From contig JASTWF010000360.1 of NCBI GenBank assembly GCA_030390025.1, forward strand, positions 248,001 to 312,000: 64,000 bases of DNA, in the 5' to 3' direction. The position numbers and the translations under genes are program-made. Of the stretch, positions 34,101 through 45,916 are shown piece by piece. This DNA comes from Squalus acanthias. Lineage: Eukaryota. The first letter of the stretch is position 1, and each line of letters starts with the position of its first letter. The notes under the pieces were generated by a model, which worked only from the letters and a program-made list of their open reading frames with translations, did not search any database and had not been told where the DNA came from.

Positions 34101-36097
34101 CCCTCCCTATCTCTGTAACCTCCTCCAGCCTCTCCCTATCTCTGTAACCTCCTCCAGCCCCTACAACCCTCCCTATCTCTGTAACCTCCTCCAGCCCCTA
34201 CAACTCTCCCTTTCTCAGTAACCCCCTCCAGCCCCTACAAAACTCCCTATCTCTGCAACTTCCTCCAGCCCCTACAACCCTCCCTATCTCTGTAACCTCC
34301 TCCAACCCTAGACCTCCCTATCTCTGTAACCTCCGCCAACCCTACAGCCCTCCCTATCTCTGTAACCTCCTCCAGCCCCTCCCTATCTCTGTAACCTCCT
34401 CCAGCCCCTCCCTATCTCTGTAACCTCCTCCAGCCCCTACAACCCTCCCTATCTCTGTAACCTCCTCCAGCCCCTACAACTCTCCCTATCTCTGTAACCT
34501 CCTCCAACCCTACAGCCCTCCCTATCTCTGTAACCTCCTCCAGCCCCTCCCTATCTCTGTAACCTCCTCCAGCCCCTACAACCCTCCCTATCTCTGTAAC
34601 CTCTTCCAGCCCCTACAACTCTCCCTTTCTCAGTAACCTCCTCCAGCCCCTACAAAACTCCCTATCTCTGCAACGTCCTCCAGCCCCTGCAACCCTCCCT
34701 ATCTCTGTAACCTCCTCCAGACCCTACAACACTCCCTATCTCTGTTATCTCCTCCAGCCCTACAACCCTTCCTATCTCTGTAACCTCCTCCAGCCCCGAC
34801 AACCCTCCCTAACTCTGAATCCTCGTCCAACCCTACAACCCTCCCTATCTCTGTAACCTCCTCCAGCCCCTACAACCCTCCCTATCCCTGTATCCTCCTC
34901 CAGCCCCTACAACCCTCCCTATCTCTGTATCCTCCTTCAGCCCCCACAACCCTCCCTATCTCCTTAACCTCCTCCAGCCCTACAACCCTCCCTATCTCTG
35001 TCACCTCCTCCAGCCCTACAACCCTCCCTATCTCTGTAACCTCCTCCAGCCCCTACAACCCTCCCTATCTCTGTAACCTCCTCCAGCCCCTACAACTCTC
35101 CCTTTCTCAGTAACCTCCTCCAGCCCCTACAAAACTCCCTATCTCTGCAACGTCCTCCAGCACCTGCAACCCTCCCTATCTCTGTAACCTCCTCCAGCCC
35201 CTACAACACTCCCTATCTCTGTTATCTCCTCCAGCCCTACAACCCTTCCTATCTCTGTAACCTCCTCCAGCCCCGACAACCCTCCCTAACTCTGAATCCT
35301 CGTCCAACCCTACAACCCTCCCTATCTCTGTAACCTCCTCCAGCCCCTACAACCCTCCCTATCCCTGTATCCTCCTCCAGCCCCTACAACCCTCCCTTTC
35401 TCTGTATCCTCCTCCTGCCCCTATAATCCTCCCTATCTCTGTATCCTCCTCCAGCCCCCACAACCCTCCCTATCTCTGTAACCTCCTCCAGCCCTACAAC
35501 CCTCCCTATCTCTGTCACCTCCTCCAGCCCTACAACCCTCCCTATCTCTGTAACCTCCTCCAGCCCCTACAACCTTCCCTATCTCTGTAACGTCCTCCAG
35601 CCCCTACAACCCTCCCTATCTCTGTAACCTCCTCCAGTCCCTACAACCCTCCCCATCTCTGTAACCTCCTCCAGCCCCTACAACCCTCCCTATCTCTGTA
35701 ACCTCCTCCAACCCTACAAGCCTCCCTATCTCTGTAACCTCCTCCAACCCTACAGCCCTCCCTATCTCTGTAACCTCCTCCAACCCTACAGCCCTACCTA
35801 TCTCTGTAAAATCCTCCAACCCTACCGCCCTCCCTATCTCTGTAACCTCCTCCAACCCTACAGCCCTCCCTATCTCTGTAACCTCCTCCAACCCTCCCTA
35901 TCTCTGTAACCTCCTCCAACTCCTACAACACTCCCTATCTCTGTAACCTCCTCCAACCCTACAGCCCTCCCTATCTCTGTAACCTCCTCCAACCCTACAG
36001 CCCTACCTATCTCTGTAAAATCCTCCAACCCTACCGCCCTCCCTATCTCTGTAACCTCCTCCAGCCCCTACAACCCTCCCTATCTCTGTAACCTCCT
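28135..36097. repeat. About 8-kb L2-derived 36-37-bp minisatellite (CTCCCTATCTCTGTAACCTCCTCCAGCCCCTACAACC)n
   Basis: Tandem units directly visible; L2-like sequence resumes at about 36097 (CTCCGTGATCTCTGC). Confidence 0.97.
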
Positions 36098-36124
36098 CCG
36101 TGATCTCTGCTCTCCTCTCTGCTA

Positions 36125-37125
36125 TCCTTATTAAAAATTGATCCAATTCCCTTTTGAAAGTTCCTATTGAATCTGCTTCCACTGCCCTTTCAGGCAGCGC
36201 ATTCCAGATCACAACAACTCGCTGCGTCATCAAACTTCTCATTTTCCCCCTTGGCTTTGCTGCTGGTTGTTTTCAATCTGTTGTCCTCTGGTTACCGACC
36301 CTCCTGCCACTGGAAACAGTTTCTCCTTATTCACTCTGTCAAAACCCTCACCATTTTGAACACCTCGATTAAATCTCCCCCAAACCTCCTCTGTTCTAAG
36401 GAGAACCATCCCAGTTTCTCCAGAGAAACATAGAAGATAGGAGCAGGAGTAGGCCATTCGGCCCCTCGAGCCTGCTCCGCCATTCGATGAGATCATGGCT
36501 GATCATCCAAACTCAGTACCCTGTACCTGCCTTCTCCCCATATCCCTTGATACCTTTAGCCTTAAGAAAGATATCTAACTCATTCTTGAATATATTTAAT
36601 GACTTGGCCTCAACTACCTTCTGTGGCAGAGAATTCCACAGGTTCACCACTCTCTGGGTGAAGAAATTCTTCCTCATTTCTGTCCTAAATGGCTTACCCG
36701 TTATCGTTAGACTGTGACCCCTGGTTCTGGACTCTCCAACCATCGTGAACATTCTTCCTGCATCTAGTTTGTCCTGTCATGTCAGAATTTTATATGTTTC
36801 GATGAGATCCCCTCTCATTCTTCTAAACTCCAGCGAGTATAAGCCCAATCGACCCAATCTCTCCTCATATGTCATTCCTGCCATCCCAGGTATCAGCCTT
36901 GTGAATCTTCGCTGAACTCCTTCCATGACAAGAACATCCTTCCTCAGATAAGGCGACCAAAACTGCACACATGTAACTGAAGTCCCTCATTCCCTGGTAC
37001 CATTCTGGTCAATCTCCACTTGACCCTCTCCAAGGCCTTGACGCCCTTCCTAAAGTGCGGTGCCCAGAATTGGCCGCAATACTGCGGCTGAGGCCGAACC
37101 AGTGTTTTATAAAGGGGTTTAACAC
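36125..37125 (-). mobile_element. Nested CR1 3' fragments (a younger copy at about 36426-36970 inside an older one)
   Basis: CR1 C-terminal ORF pieces; tail GAAACATAGAAGATAGGAGC at 36425. Confidence 0.85.
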
Positions 37126-37129
37126 AGGA

Positions 37130-37800
37130 TGTTATACATAGCAAGCTACACCAAATCACCTGTCCTTGGGCGGGATACCAAATAAAAAATGCCTTAAAAG
37201 TTGCGAAGCGAATGAGTGAGTGGGACACAAACTTGGTCAAGCTGAGAAAGGGATGACCCCGCCCCTGACCTCCAGACTTGACCATCCATCGTCTGCGGCT
37301 CAAAATGGCGGCTCAGCAGCCACGTGGGCTGCCGCGCCCACCCGGGGGCCGCCTCAGCCAATCAGCGCATCGAACCGAAAAAAAACCCCAGGCCGGCTCC
37401 CTCTGCGGCCAATCAGAGGGGCGGATCAGAGCCGTAGCCACGCCCCCCTCTCCCTCCCCCCCTGCCAATCCCTCCCGACCGTTGGTCCGCGAAGGCGCAC
37501 GCGGAGCTGACACCACCGGGACAGGGCGCCGGCTGCCACAGCCAATCGGAGCAGGCACCTGCGCGCGGGCTTTTTCTTTTCTTCCCCCCGCCCCCCGGCC
37601 AAACCGTCACAGAGGCGGCGCGGCCCTTTTCTGAATGGAGAGCGCGGGAGGAGCGGAGAGAGCCAATCGCTGGTCAGCCGCGCTATCCCAATGGGTCCGC
37701 GCAGCACCGCCACAGCCAATGAGACGTCGCGCGGCCTCGGATTGTCTGGGTCGCGAGAGCCTCTCAACAAATCGCACGGTCTCCCCGTTAACCCCGCCTC
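37130..37800 (-). promoter_or_regulatory. CpG-island promoter and probable first exon (left copy)
   Basis: CpG-rich; seven CCAAT boxes (37358, 37409, 37465, 37542, 37663, 37688, 37716), YY1-type AAAATGGCGGC at 37302, E-box CACGTG at 37321, GC boxes. Confidence 0.72.
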
Positions 37801-38400
37801 CTAACACTGACGACCCCGCCCCCTAACTGACCCCGCCCCCTAACACTGACAACCCGCCCCCTCAAATTGAAAACCACGCCCCTCTCTCTGATAACCCGCC
37901 CTCTCACTTAAAACCACGCCCCCTCGCTCTGATAACCCCGCCCCCTCTCACTGAAAACCACGCCCCCTCTAACTGATAACCCCACCTCTCTCACTGATAG
38001 ACCCGCCCTTAAAAATGATAATCCCGCCCCTCTAACTGATAACCCTTTCACTGATAACCCCACCCCCTAACACTGATAACACCGCCCCCAACACTGACAA
38101 CCCCGCCCCTCTCACTGATAACCCCGCCCCCTCAAATTGAAAACCACGCCCCCTCAAATTGAAAACCACGCCCCTCCCTCTGATAACCCCGCCCTCTCAC
38201 TTAAAACCACGCCCCCTCTCTCTGATAACCCCGCCCCCTCTCACTGATAACCCCACCCCTTCTCACTGATAACCACGCCCCATAAAACTTATAAACCTGC
38301 CCCTTTCACTGATAACCCCGCCTCTCTCACTGATAGAACTGCCCTCTCACTGATAACCCCGCCCCTCTCACTGATACACCTGCCCCCTAACACTGTTAAA
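37790..38400. repeat. About 22-24-bp degenerate tandem repeat (CTCACTGATAACCCCGCCCCT)n
   Basis: Visible tandem units; shorter inverted copy at 42962-43217. Confidence 0.85.
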
Positions 38401-38445
38401 ACCTCCTCTCCCACCGTTAAAGCCCTACCTTCCTTTCCGAAAGTA

Positions 38446-39815
38446 CGGTGCTCACTCAGTATTACTCCTGCGACAGTGCAGCGCTCCCTCAGTACTGTCC
38501 CTCCGACAGTGCAGCGGAGCTACCTCAGTACTGCCCCTGTCACAGTGCAGCGCTCCCTCAGTACTGCCCCTCCGACAGTGCAGCGCTCCTTCACTACTGC
38601 CCCTCCGACAGTACAGCGCTCCCTCAGTACTGCCCCTCCGACAGTGCAGCGCTCCCTCAGTACTGCCCCTCCGACAGTGCAGCACTCCCTCAGTACCGCC
38701 CCTCCGACAGTGCAGCGCTCCCTCAGTACTGCCCCTCCGACAGTGCAGCACTCCCTCAGTACTGCCCCTCCGACAGTGCAGCGCTCCTTCACTACTGCCC
38801 CTCCGACAGTACAGTGCTCCCTCAGTACTGTCCCTCCGACAGTGCAGCACTCCCTCAGTACTGCCCCTCCGACAGTGCAGCGCTCCCTCAGTACTGCCCG
38901 TCCGACAGTGCAGCGCTCCCTCAGTACAGCCCCTCCGACTCCCTCAGTACTGCCCCTCCGACAGTGCAGCGCTCCCTCAGTACAGCCCCTCCGACAGTGC
39001 GGTACTCCCTCAGTACTGCCCCTCCGACAGTGCAGCGCTCCCTCAGTACTGCCCCTCCGACAGTGCAGCGCTCCCTCAGTACTGCCCCTGCGACAGTGCT
39101 GCGCTCCCTCAGTACTGCCCCTCCTACAGTGCAGCGCTCCCTCAGTACTGCCCCTGCGACAGTGCAGCGCTTCCTCAGTACTGCCCCTCCGACAGTGCGG
39201 CGCTCCCTCAGTACTGCCCCTCCGACAGTGCAGCGCTCCCTCAGTACTGCCCCTCCGACAGTGTGGTGCTCCCTCAGTACTGCCCCTCCGACAGTGCAGC
39301 GCTCCCTCAGTACTGCCCCTCTGACAGTGCAGCACTCCCTCAGTACTGCCCCTCCGACAGTGCGGCGCTCCCTCAGTACTGCCCCTCCGACAGTGCGGCG
39401 CTCCCTCAGTACTGCCCCTCCGACAGTGCGGCGCTCCCTCAGTACTGCCCCTCTGACAGTGCAGCACTCCCTCAGTACTGCCCCTCCGACAGTGCGGCGC
39501 TCCCTCAGTACTGCCCCTCCGACAGTGCAGCACTCCCACAGTACTGCCCCTCCGACAGTGCAGCACTCCCACAGTACTGCCCCTCCGACAGTGCAGCGCT
39601 CCCTCAGTACTGCCCCTCCGACAGTGCAGCGCTCCCTCAGTACTGCCCCTCCGACAGTGCAGCGCTCCCTCAGTACTGCCCCTCCGACAGTGCAGCACTC
39701 CCTCAGCACTGCACCGGAGTGTCAGCCACAGATTTTTGTGCTCAAGTCTCTGGAGTTGGACTCGAACCCACAACCTTCTGACTCAGCGGCGAGAGTGCCG
39801 CCCACTGAGCCAGGG
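38446..39815 (-). mobile_element. Deu-type SINE tRNA-like head (about 39710-39815) plus expanded 33-bp minisatellite
   Basis: Minus-strand box A TGGCTCAGTGG and box B GGTTCGAGTCC followed by the array. Confidence 0.82.
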
Positions 39816-39984
39816 CTGATAGAAGAATGAACTTGGACCAATAACAACAACCTACATGTATACCCCGCCTTGAACGTAATTATAAACGTGCCAAGGCGCG
39901 ACACAGGAGCAATTATCAAACAAGATTTTGCACTGAGCCACACAGGGAGATCTTAGGACAAGCGAGGGTCAAAGAGGCAGGTTT

Positions 39985-41780
39985 TTACACAGCAACAGGA
40001 GGAGGCCATTCAGCCCCTCGAGCCTGTTACACAGGAACAGGAGGAGGCCATTCAGCCCCTCGAGCCTGTTACACAGGAACAGGAGGAGGCCATTCAGCCC
40101 CTCGAGCCTGTTACACAGGAACAGGAGGAGGCCATTCAGCCCCTCGAGCCTGTTACACAGCAACAGGAGGAGGCCATTCAGCCCCTCGTTCCTGTTGCGC
40201 AGGAACAGCAGGAGGCCATTCAGCCCCTCGAGCCTGTTACACAGGAACAGCAGGAGGCCATTCAGCCCCTCGAGCCTGTTACACAGGAACAGGAGGAGGC
40301 CATTCAGCCATCGAGCTTGTTACACAGGAACAGGAGGAGGCCATTCAGCCCCTTGAGCCTGTTACACAGGAACAGGATGAGGACATTCAGCCCCTTGAGA
40401 CTGTTACACAGGAACAGCAAGGCTTTTGATAAGGTTCCACATGGCAGACTGGTCACGAAGTTAAAAGCCCATGGGATCCAGGGCGAAGTGTCAAGTTGGA
40501 TTCAAAACTGGCTCGGAGGCAGGAAGCAGTGGGTAATGGTTGATGGGTGTTTTTGTGACTGGAAGGCTGTTTCCAGTGGGGTTCCGCAGGGCTCAGTACT
40601 TGGTCCCTTGATTGTTCTGGTATATATTAATGATCTAGACTTGAATATAGGGGGTATGATTAAGAAGTTTGCAGATGATACTAAAATCGGCTGTGTGGTT
40701 GATAATGAAGAAGGAAGCTGCAGACTGCAGGAAGATATCAATAAATTGGTCAGGTGGGCAGAACAGTGGCAAATGGATTTCAATCCGGAGAAGTGTGAGG
40801 TGATGCATTTGGGGAGGGCTAACAAGGAAAGAGAATACACATTAAATGGTAGGACACTGAGTAGTGTAGAGGAACAAAGGGACCTTGGAGTGCATGTCCA
40901 CAGATCCCTGAAGGTAGCAGGCCAGGTAGATAAGGTGGTTAAGAAGGCATACGGAATGCATGCCTTTATTAGCTGTGGCATAGAATACAAGAGCAGGGGG
41001 ATTATGCTTCAACTGTATAAAACACTAGTTAGACCTCAGCTAGAGTACTGCGTGCAGTTCTGGTCACCACATTACTGGAAAGATATGATTGTAAATCTCC
41101 TCTGTACCCTCTCTAGTGCAAAGTTGTTGCCGTGCTGTAACTTTCTATGATTCTATGAACAGGAGGGAGCCATTCAGCCCTCAAGGCTGTTACATTAGGA
41201 ACAGGAGGAGGCCATTCAGCCCCTCGAGCCTATTACACAGAAGCAGGACGAGGCCATTCAGCCCCTCGAGCCTGTTACCCAGGAACAGGAGGTCATTCAG
41301 CCCCCTCGAGCCTGTTACACAGGAGCAGGAGGAGGCCATTCAGCCACTCGAGCCTGTTACCCAGGAACAGGAGGCGGCCATTCAGCCCCTCAAGCCAGTT
41401 ACACAGAAGCAGGAGGAGGCCATTCAGCCACTCGAGCCTGTTACCCAGGAACAGGAGGAGGCCATTCAGCCCCTCAAGCCTGTTACACAGGAACAGGAGG
41501 AGGCCATTCAGCACCTCGAGCCTGTTACACAGGAACAGGAGGAGGCCATTCAGCACCTCGAGCCTGTTACACAGGAACAGGAGGAGGCCATTCAGCACCT
41601 CGAGCCTGTTACACAGGAACAGGAGGAGGCCATTCAGCACATCGAGCCTGTTACACAGGAACAGGAGGAGGCCATTCAGCACCTCGAGCCTGTTACACAG
41701 GAACAGGAGGAGGCCATTCAGCACCTCGAGCCTGTTACACAGGAACAGGAGGAGGCCATTCAGCACCTCAAGCCTGTTAC
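39985..41780. repeat. 42-bp minisatellite arrays (39985-40417 and 41158-41780) flanking a CR1 fragment (about 40418-41157, +)
   Basis: Tandem units, with KAFDKVPH...FADD...LEYCVQFWSP between them. Confidence 0.9.
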
Positions 41781-41814
41781 TCATTGGGGTGTTAAAAACA
41801 ATTGTGTGATATCT

Positions 41815-42105
41815 ACACTCCTCCAAATCTGGTCTCTTGCACATCCCCTGATTTCCATCGCTGCACCATTGGCGGCCGTGCCTTCAGCCTCCTGGGCCCC
41901 AAGTTCTGGAACTCCCTCCCTAAACCTCTCTCTCTCCTACTTTCAGACGCTCCTGAAAATCTGCCTCTTTGACTTTTGGTCGCCTGTCGTACTATCTCCT
42001 TGTGTGGCTCAGTGTCAAATCTTTGTTTGATAATCGCTCCTGTGAAGCGCCTTGGGACGTTTTAATGACGTTAAAGGTGCTGTATAAATGTAGCTTGTTA
42101 TTATT
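41815..42105 (+). mobile_element. L2 3' tail (inverted partial copy at about 39840-39985)
   Basis: GGCCGTGCCTTCAGC...CTGTGAAGCGCCTTGGGACG...TATAAATGTAG resembles the L2 3' end. Confidence 0.7.
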
Positions 42106-42129
42106 GGTCGAAGTTCATTCTTCTATAAG

Positions 42130-42962
42130 TCAGCCCTGGCTCAGTGGGAGGCACCCTTGCCTCTGAGTATGAAGGTTGTGGGTTCGAGTCCCACTCCAGA
42201 GACTTGAGCACAAAAATCTGTGGCTGACACTCTGGTGCAGTACTGAGGGAGCGCCGCACTGTCGGAGGGGCAGTACTGAGGGATCGCCGTACTGTCGGAG
42301 GGGCAGTACTGAGGGAGCGCTGCACTGTCGGAGGGGCAGTACTGAGGGAGTGCCGCACTGTCGGAGGGGCAGTACTGAGGGATCGCCGTACTGTCGGAGG
42401 GGCAGTACTGAGGGATCGCCGTACTGTCGGAGGGGCAGTACTGAGGGAGCGCCGCACTGTCGGAGGGGCAGTACTGAGGGAGCGCCGCACTGTCGGAGTG
42501 GCAGTACTGAGGGATCGCCGTACTGTCGGAGGGGCAGTACTGAGGGAGCGCTGCACTGTCGGAGGGGCAGTACTGAGGGAGTGCCGCACTGTCGGAGGGG
42601 CAGTACTGAGGGATCGCCGTACTGTCGGAGGGGCAGTACTGAGGGATCGCCGTACTGTCGGAGGGGCAGTACTGAGGGAGCGCCGCACTGTCGGAGGGGC
42701 AGTACTGAGGGAGCGCCGCACTGTTGGAGGGGCGGTACTGAGGGAGCGCTGCACTGTCAGAGGGGCAGTACTGAGGGAGCGCTGCACTGTCGGAGGGGCA
42801 GTACTGAGGGAGCGCCGCACTGTCGGAGGGGCAGTACTGAGGGAGCGCTGCACTGTCGGAGGGGCAGTACTGAGGGAGCGCTGCACTGTCGGAGGGGCAG
42901 TACTGAGGGAGCCCTGCACTGTCGGAGGGGCAGTACTGAGGGAGCGCTGCACTGTCGGAGGG
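42130..42962 (+). mobile_element. Deu-type SINE head plus 33-bp minisatellite (inverted copy of 38446-39815)
   Basis: TGGCTCAGTGG (42137) and GGTTCGAGTCC (42181), then the array. Confidence 0.82.
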
Positions 42963-43209
42963 GCGGGGTTTTCAGTGCTAGGGGCGGGGTTATCAGTGTT
43001 AGGGGGTGGGGTTATCAGTGAGGGGCAGATTTTCAGTGTTAGGAGCGGGGTTATCAGAGTTAGGGGCGGGGTTTTCAGTGAGAGGGGCGGGGTTGTCAGA
43101 TGTAGGGGGCGGGGTTATCAGTGAGAGGGGCGGGGTTGTCAGTGTTAGGGGGCGGGGGCAGCTAGGGGGCGGGGTTATAAGTGAGAGGGGCGGGGTTGTC
43201 AGTGTTAGG

Positions 43210-43790
43210 GGCGGGGTTAACGGGGAGACCGTGCGATTTGTTGAGCCGGCTCTCGCGACCCCGACAATCCGAGGCCGCGCGACGTCTCATTGGCTGTGGC
43301 GGTGCCGCGCGGACCTATTGGGATAGCGCGGCCGACCAGCGATTGCTCCGATTGGCTGTGGCAGCCGGCGCCCTGTCCCGGCGGTGTCAGCTCTGTGTGC
43401 GCCTTCGCGGACCAACGGTCGGGAGGGATTGGGGGCGGGAGAGGGAGAGGGGGGCGCGGCTACGGCTCTGATCCGCCCCTCTGATTGGCCGCAGAGGGAG
43501 CCGGCCTTGGGTTTTTTTTCGGTTCGATGCGCTGATTGGCTGAGGCGGCCCCCGGGAGGGCGCGGCAGCCCACGTGGCTGCTGAGCCGCCATTTTGAGCC
43601 GCAGACGATGGATGGTCAAGTCTGGAGGTCACGGGCGGGGTCATCCCTTTCTCAGCTTGACCAGGTTTGTGTCCCACTCACTCATTCGCTTCGCAACTTT
43701 GAAGGCATTTTTTTTTTTGGTGTCCCGCCCAAGGGCAGGTGATTTGTTGCAGCTTGCTGTGTATAACATCAAGCTGCAACAAGCTGTGTT
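43210..43790 (+). promoter_or_regulatory. CpG-island promoter and probable first exon (right, inverted copy with an internal deletion)
   Basis: Reverse complement of 37130-37800. GCCGCCATTTT near 43585, candidate donor CAG|GTTTGT at 43664/43665. Confidence 0.7.
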
Positions 43791-43959
43791 AAACCCCTTT
43801 ATAAAACACTGGTTCGGCCTCAGCCGGAGTATTGCGGCCAATTCTGGGCACCGCACTTTAGGAAGGGCGTCAAGGCCTTGGAGAGGGTCAAGGGGAGATT
43901 GACCAGAATGGTACCAGGGAATGAGGGACTTCAGTTATGTGGAGAGACTGGAGAATCAG

Positions 43960-45690
43960 GATAGGGAGGGTTGTAGGGGCTGGAGGAGGTTACAGAGATA
44001 GGGAGGGCTGTAGGGGCTGGAGGATGTTACAGAGATAGGGAGGGTTGTAGGGCTGGAGGAGGTTACAGAGATAGCGAGGGTTGTAGGGGCTGGAGGAGGT
44101 TACAGAGATAGGGAGTGTTGTAGGGGCTGGAGGAGGATACAGAGATAGGGTGAGTTGTAGGGGCTGGAGGAAGTTACAGAGATAGGGAGGGTTGTAGGGG
44201 CTGGAGGAGGATACAGAGATAGGGAGGGTTGTAGGGGCTGGAGGAGTTTACAGAGATAGGGAGGGTTGTAGGGGCTGGAGGAGGTTACAGAGATAGGGAG
44301 GGTTGTAGGGGCTGGAGGAGGTTACAGGGAAAGGGAGGGTTGAAGGGGCTGGAGGAGGTTACAGAGATAGGGAGGGTTGTAGGGCTGGAGGAGGTTACAG
44401 AGATAGGGAGGGTTGTAGGGGCTGGAGGAGGTTACAGAGATAGGGAGGGTTGTAGGGCTGGAGGAGGATAAAGAGATAGGGAGCGCTGTAGGGCTGGAGG
44501 AGGATACAAAGATAGGGAGAGTTGTAGGGGCTGGAGGAGGTTACAGAGATTGGTAGGGCTGGAGGAGGATACAGAGATAGGGAGGGTTGTAGGGGCTGGA
44601 GGAGGTTACAGCGACAGGGAGTGTTGTAGGGGCTGGAGGAGGATACAGAGATAGGGAGAGTTGTACGGCTGGAAGAGGTAACAGAGATAGGGAGGGTTGT
44701 AGGAGCTGGAGGAGGTTACAGAGATTGGGAGGGTTGTAGGGCTGGAGGAGGTTACAGAGATAGGGAGGGTTGTAGGGCTGGAGGAGGTTACAGAGATGGG
44801 GAGGGTTGTAGGGGCTGGAGGAGGTTACAGAGATAGGGAGGGTTGTAGGGGCTGGAGGAGGTTACAGAGATAGGGATGGTTGTAGGGGCTGGAGGAGGTT
44901 ACAGAGATAGGGAGGGTTGGCGGGGCTGGAGGTGGTTACAGAGATAGGGAGGGTTGTAGGGTCTGGAGGAGGTTACAGAGATAGGGAGGGTTGTAGGGGC
45001 TGGAGGAGGTTACAGAGATAGGGATGGTTGTAGGGGCTGGAGGAGGTTACAGAGATAGGGAGGGTTGGCGGGGCTGGAGGAGGTTACAGAGATAGGGAGG
45101 GTTTGCGGGGCTGGAGGAGGTTACAGAGATAGGGAGGGTTGTAGGGGCTGGAGGAGGTTACAGAGATTGGGAGGTTTGTAGGGGCTGGAGGAGGTTACAG
45201 AGATAGGGAGGGTTGTAGGGGCTGGAGGTGTTTACAGAGATAGGGAGGGTTGTAAGGCTGGAGGAGGATACAGAGATAGGGAGAGTTGTAGGGGCTGGAG
45301 GAGTTTACAGAGATAGGGAGGGTTGTAGGGGCTGGAGGAGTTTACAGAGATAGGGAGGGTTGTAGGGCTGGAGGAGGTTACAGAGATAGGGAGGGTTGTA
45401 GGGCTGGAGGAGGTTACAGAGATAGGGAGGGTTGTAGGGCTGGAGGAGGTTACAGAGATAGGGAGGGTTGTAGGGCTGGAGGAGGTTACAGAGATAGGGA
45501 GGGTTGTAGGGCTGGAGGAGTTTACAGAGATTGGCTGAAGGAGGTTACAGAGATAGGGAGGGTTGTAGGGCTGGAGGAGTTTACAGAGATTGGGAGAGTT
45601 GTAGGAGCTGGAGGAGGTTACAGAGATAGGGAGGGTTGTAGAGCTGGAGGAGTTTACAGAGGTAGGGAGGGTTGGAGGGTTGGAGGAGGT
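43960..45690. repeat. L2-derived 36-37-bp minisatellite, opposite orientation to 28135-36097
   Basis: (GGAGGAGGTTACAGAGATAGGGAGGGTTGTAGGGGCT)n. Confidence 0.97.
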
Positions 45691-45916
45691 TTGTAAGACG
45701 TGCGGGGAATCGCCCCTCACTCCGTCCAACATTTTCCCAAGTTCAGACCCCTCGAACAGACAACACAAAAACCCAATGAATCTGCGAAAACTTCTTTTAC
45801 TTAAAAATCAGCACGAGATTGCAAGCAAGTATCCGACAGTTATGTTGCGTATAACAATTCCTGATTATACTTTGGCAGACTCAGGGCTATCCCTTTACTT
45901 TAAGCTAAAGTGACAG

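Noticed and set aside
38448..39830. Long repetitive ORFs (STAPPTVQRSL, QYCPSDSAALP), also at 26126-26888 and 42101-43124
   Set aside because: By-products of a 33-bp stop-poor minisatellite, open in several frames on both strands.
41116..42030. EPVTQEQEEAIQ repeat ORF and similar ORFs at 2811, 50724 and 56091-57010
   Set aside because: Translation of the 42-bp CR1-derived satellite; no gene structure.
42130..42210. Possible tRNA gene (box A and box B), also at about 39740-39815
   Set aside because: Continues into the SINE body, so it is a tRNA-derived SINE head rather than a tRNA gene.
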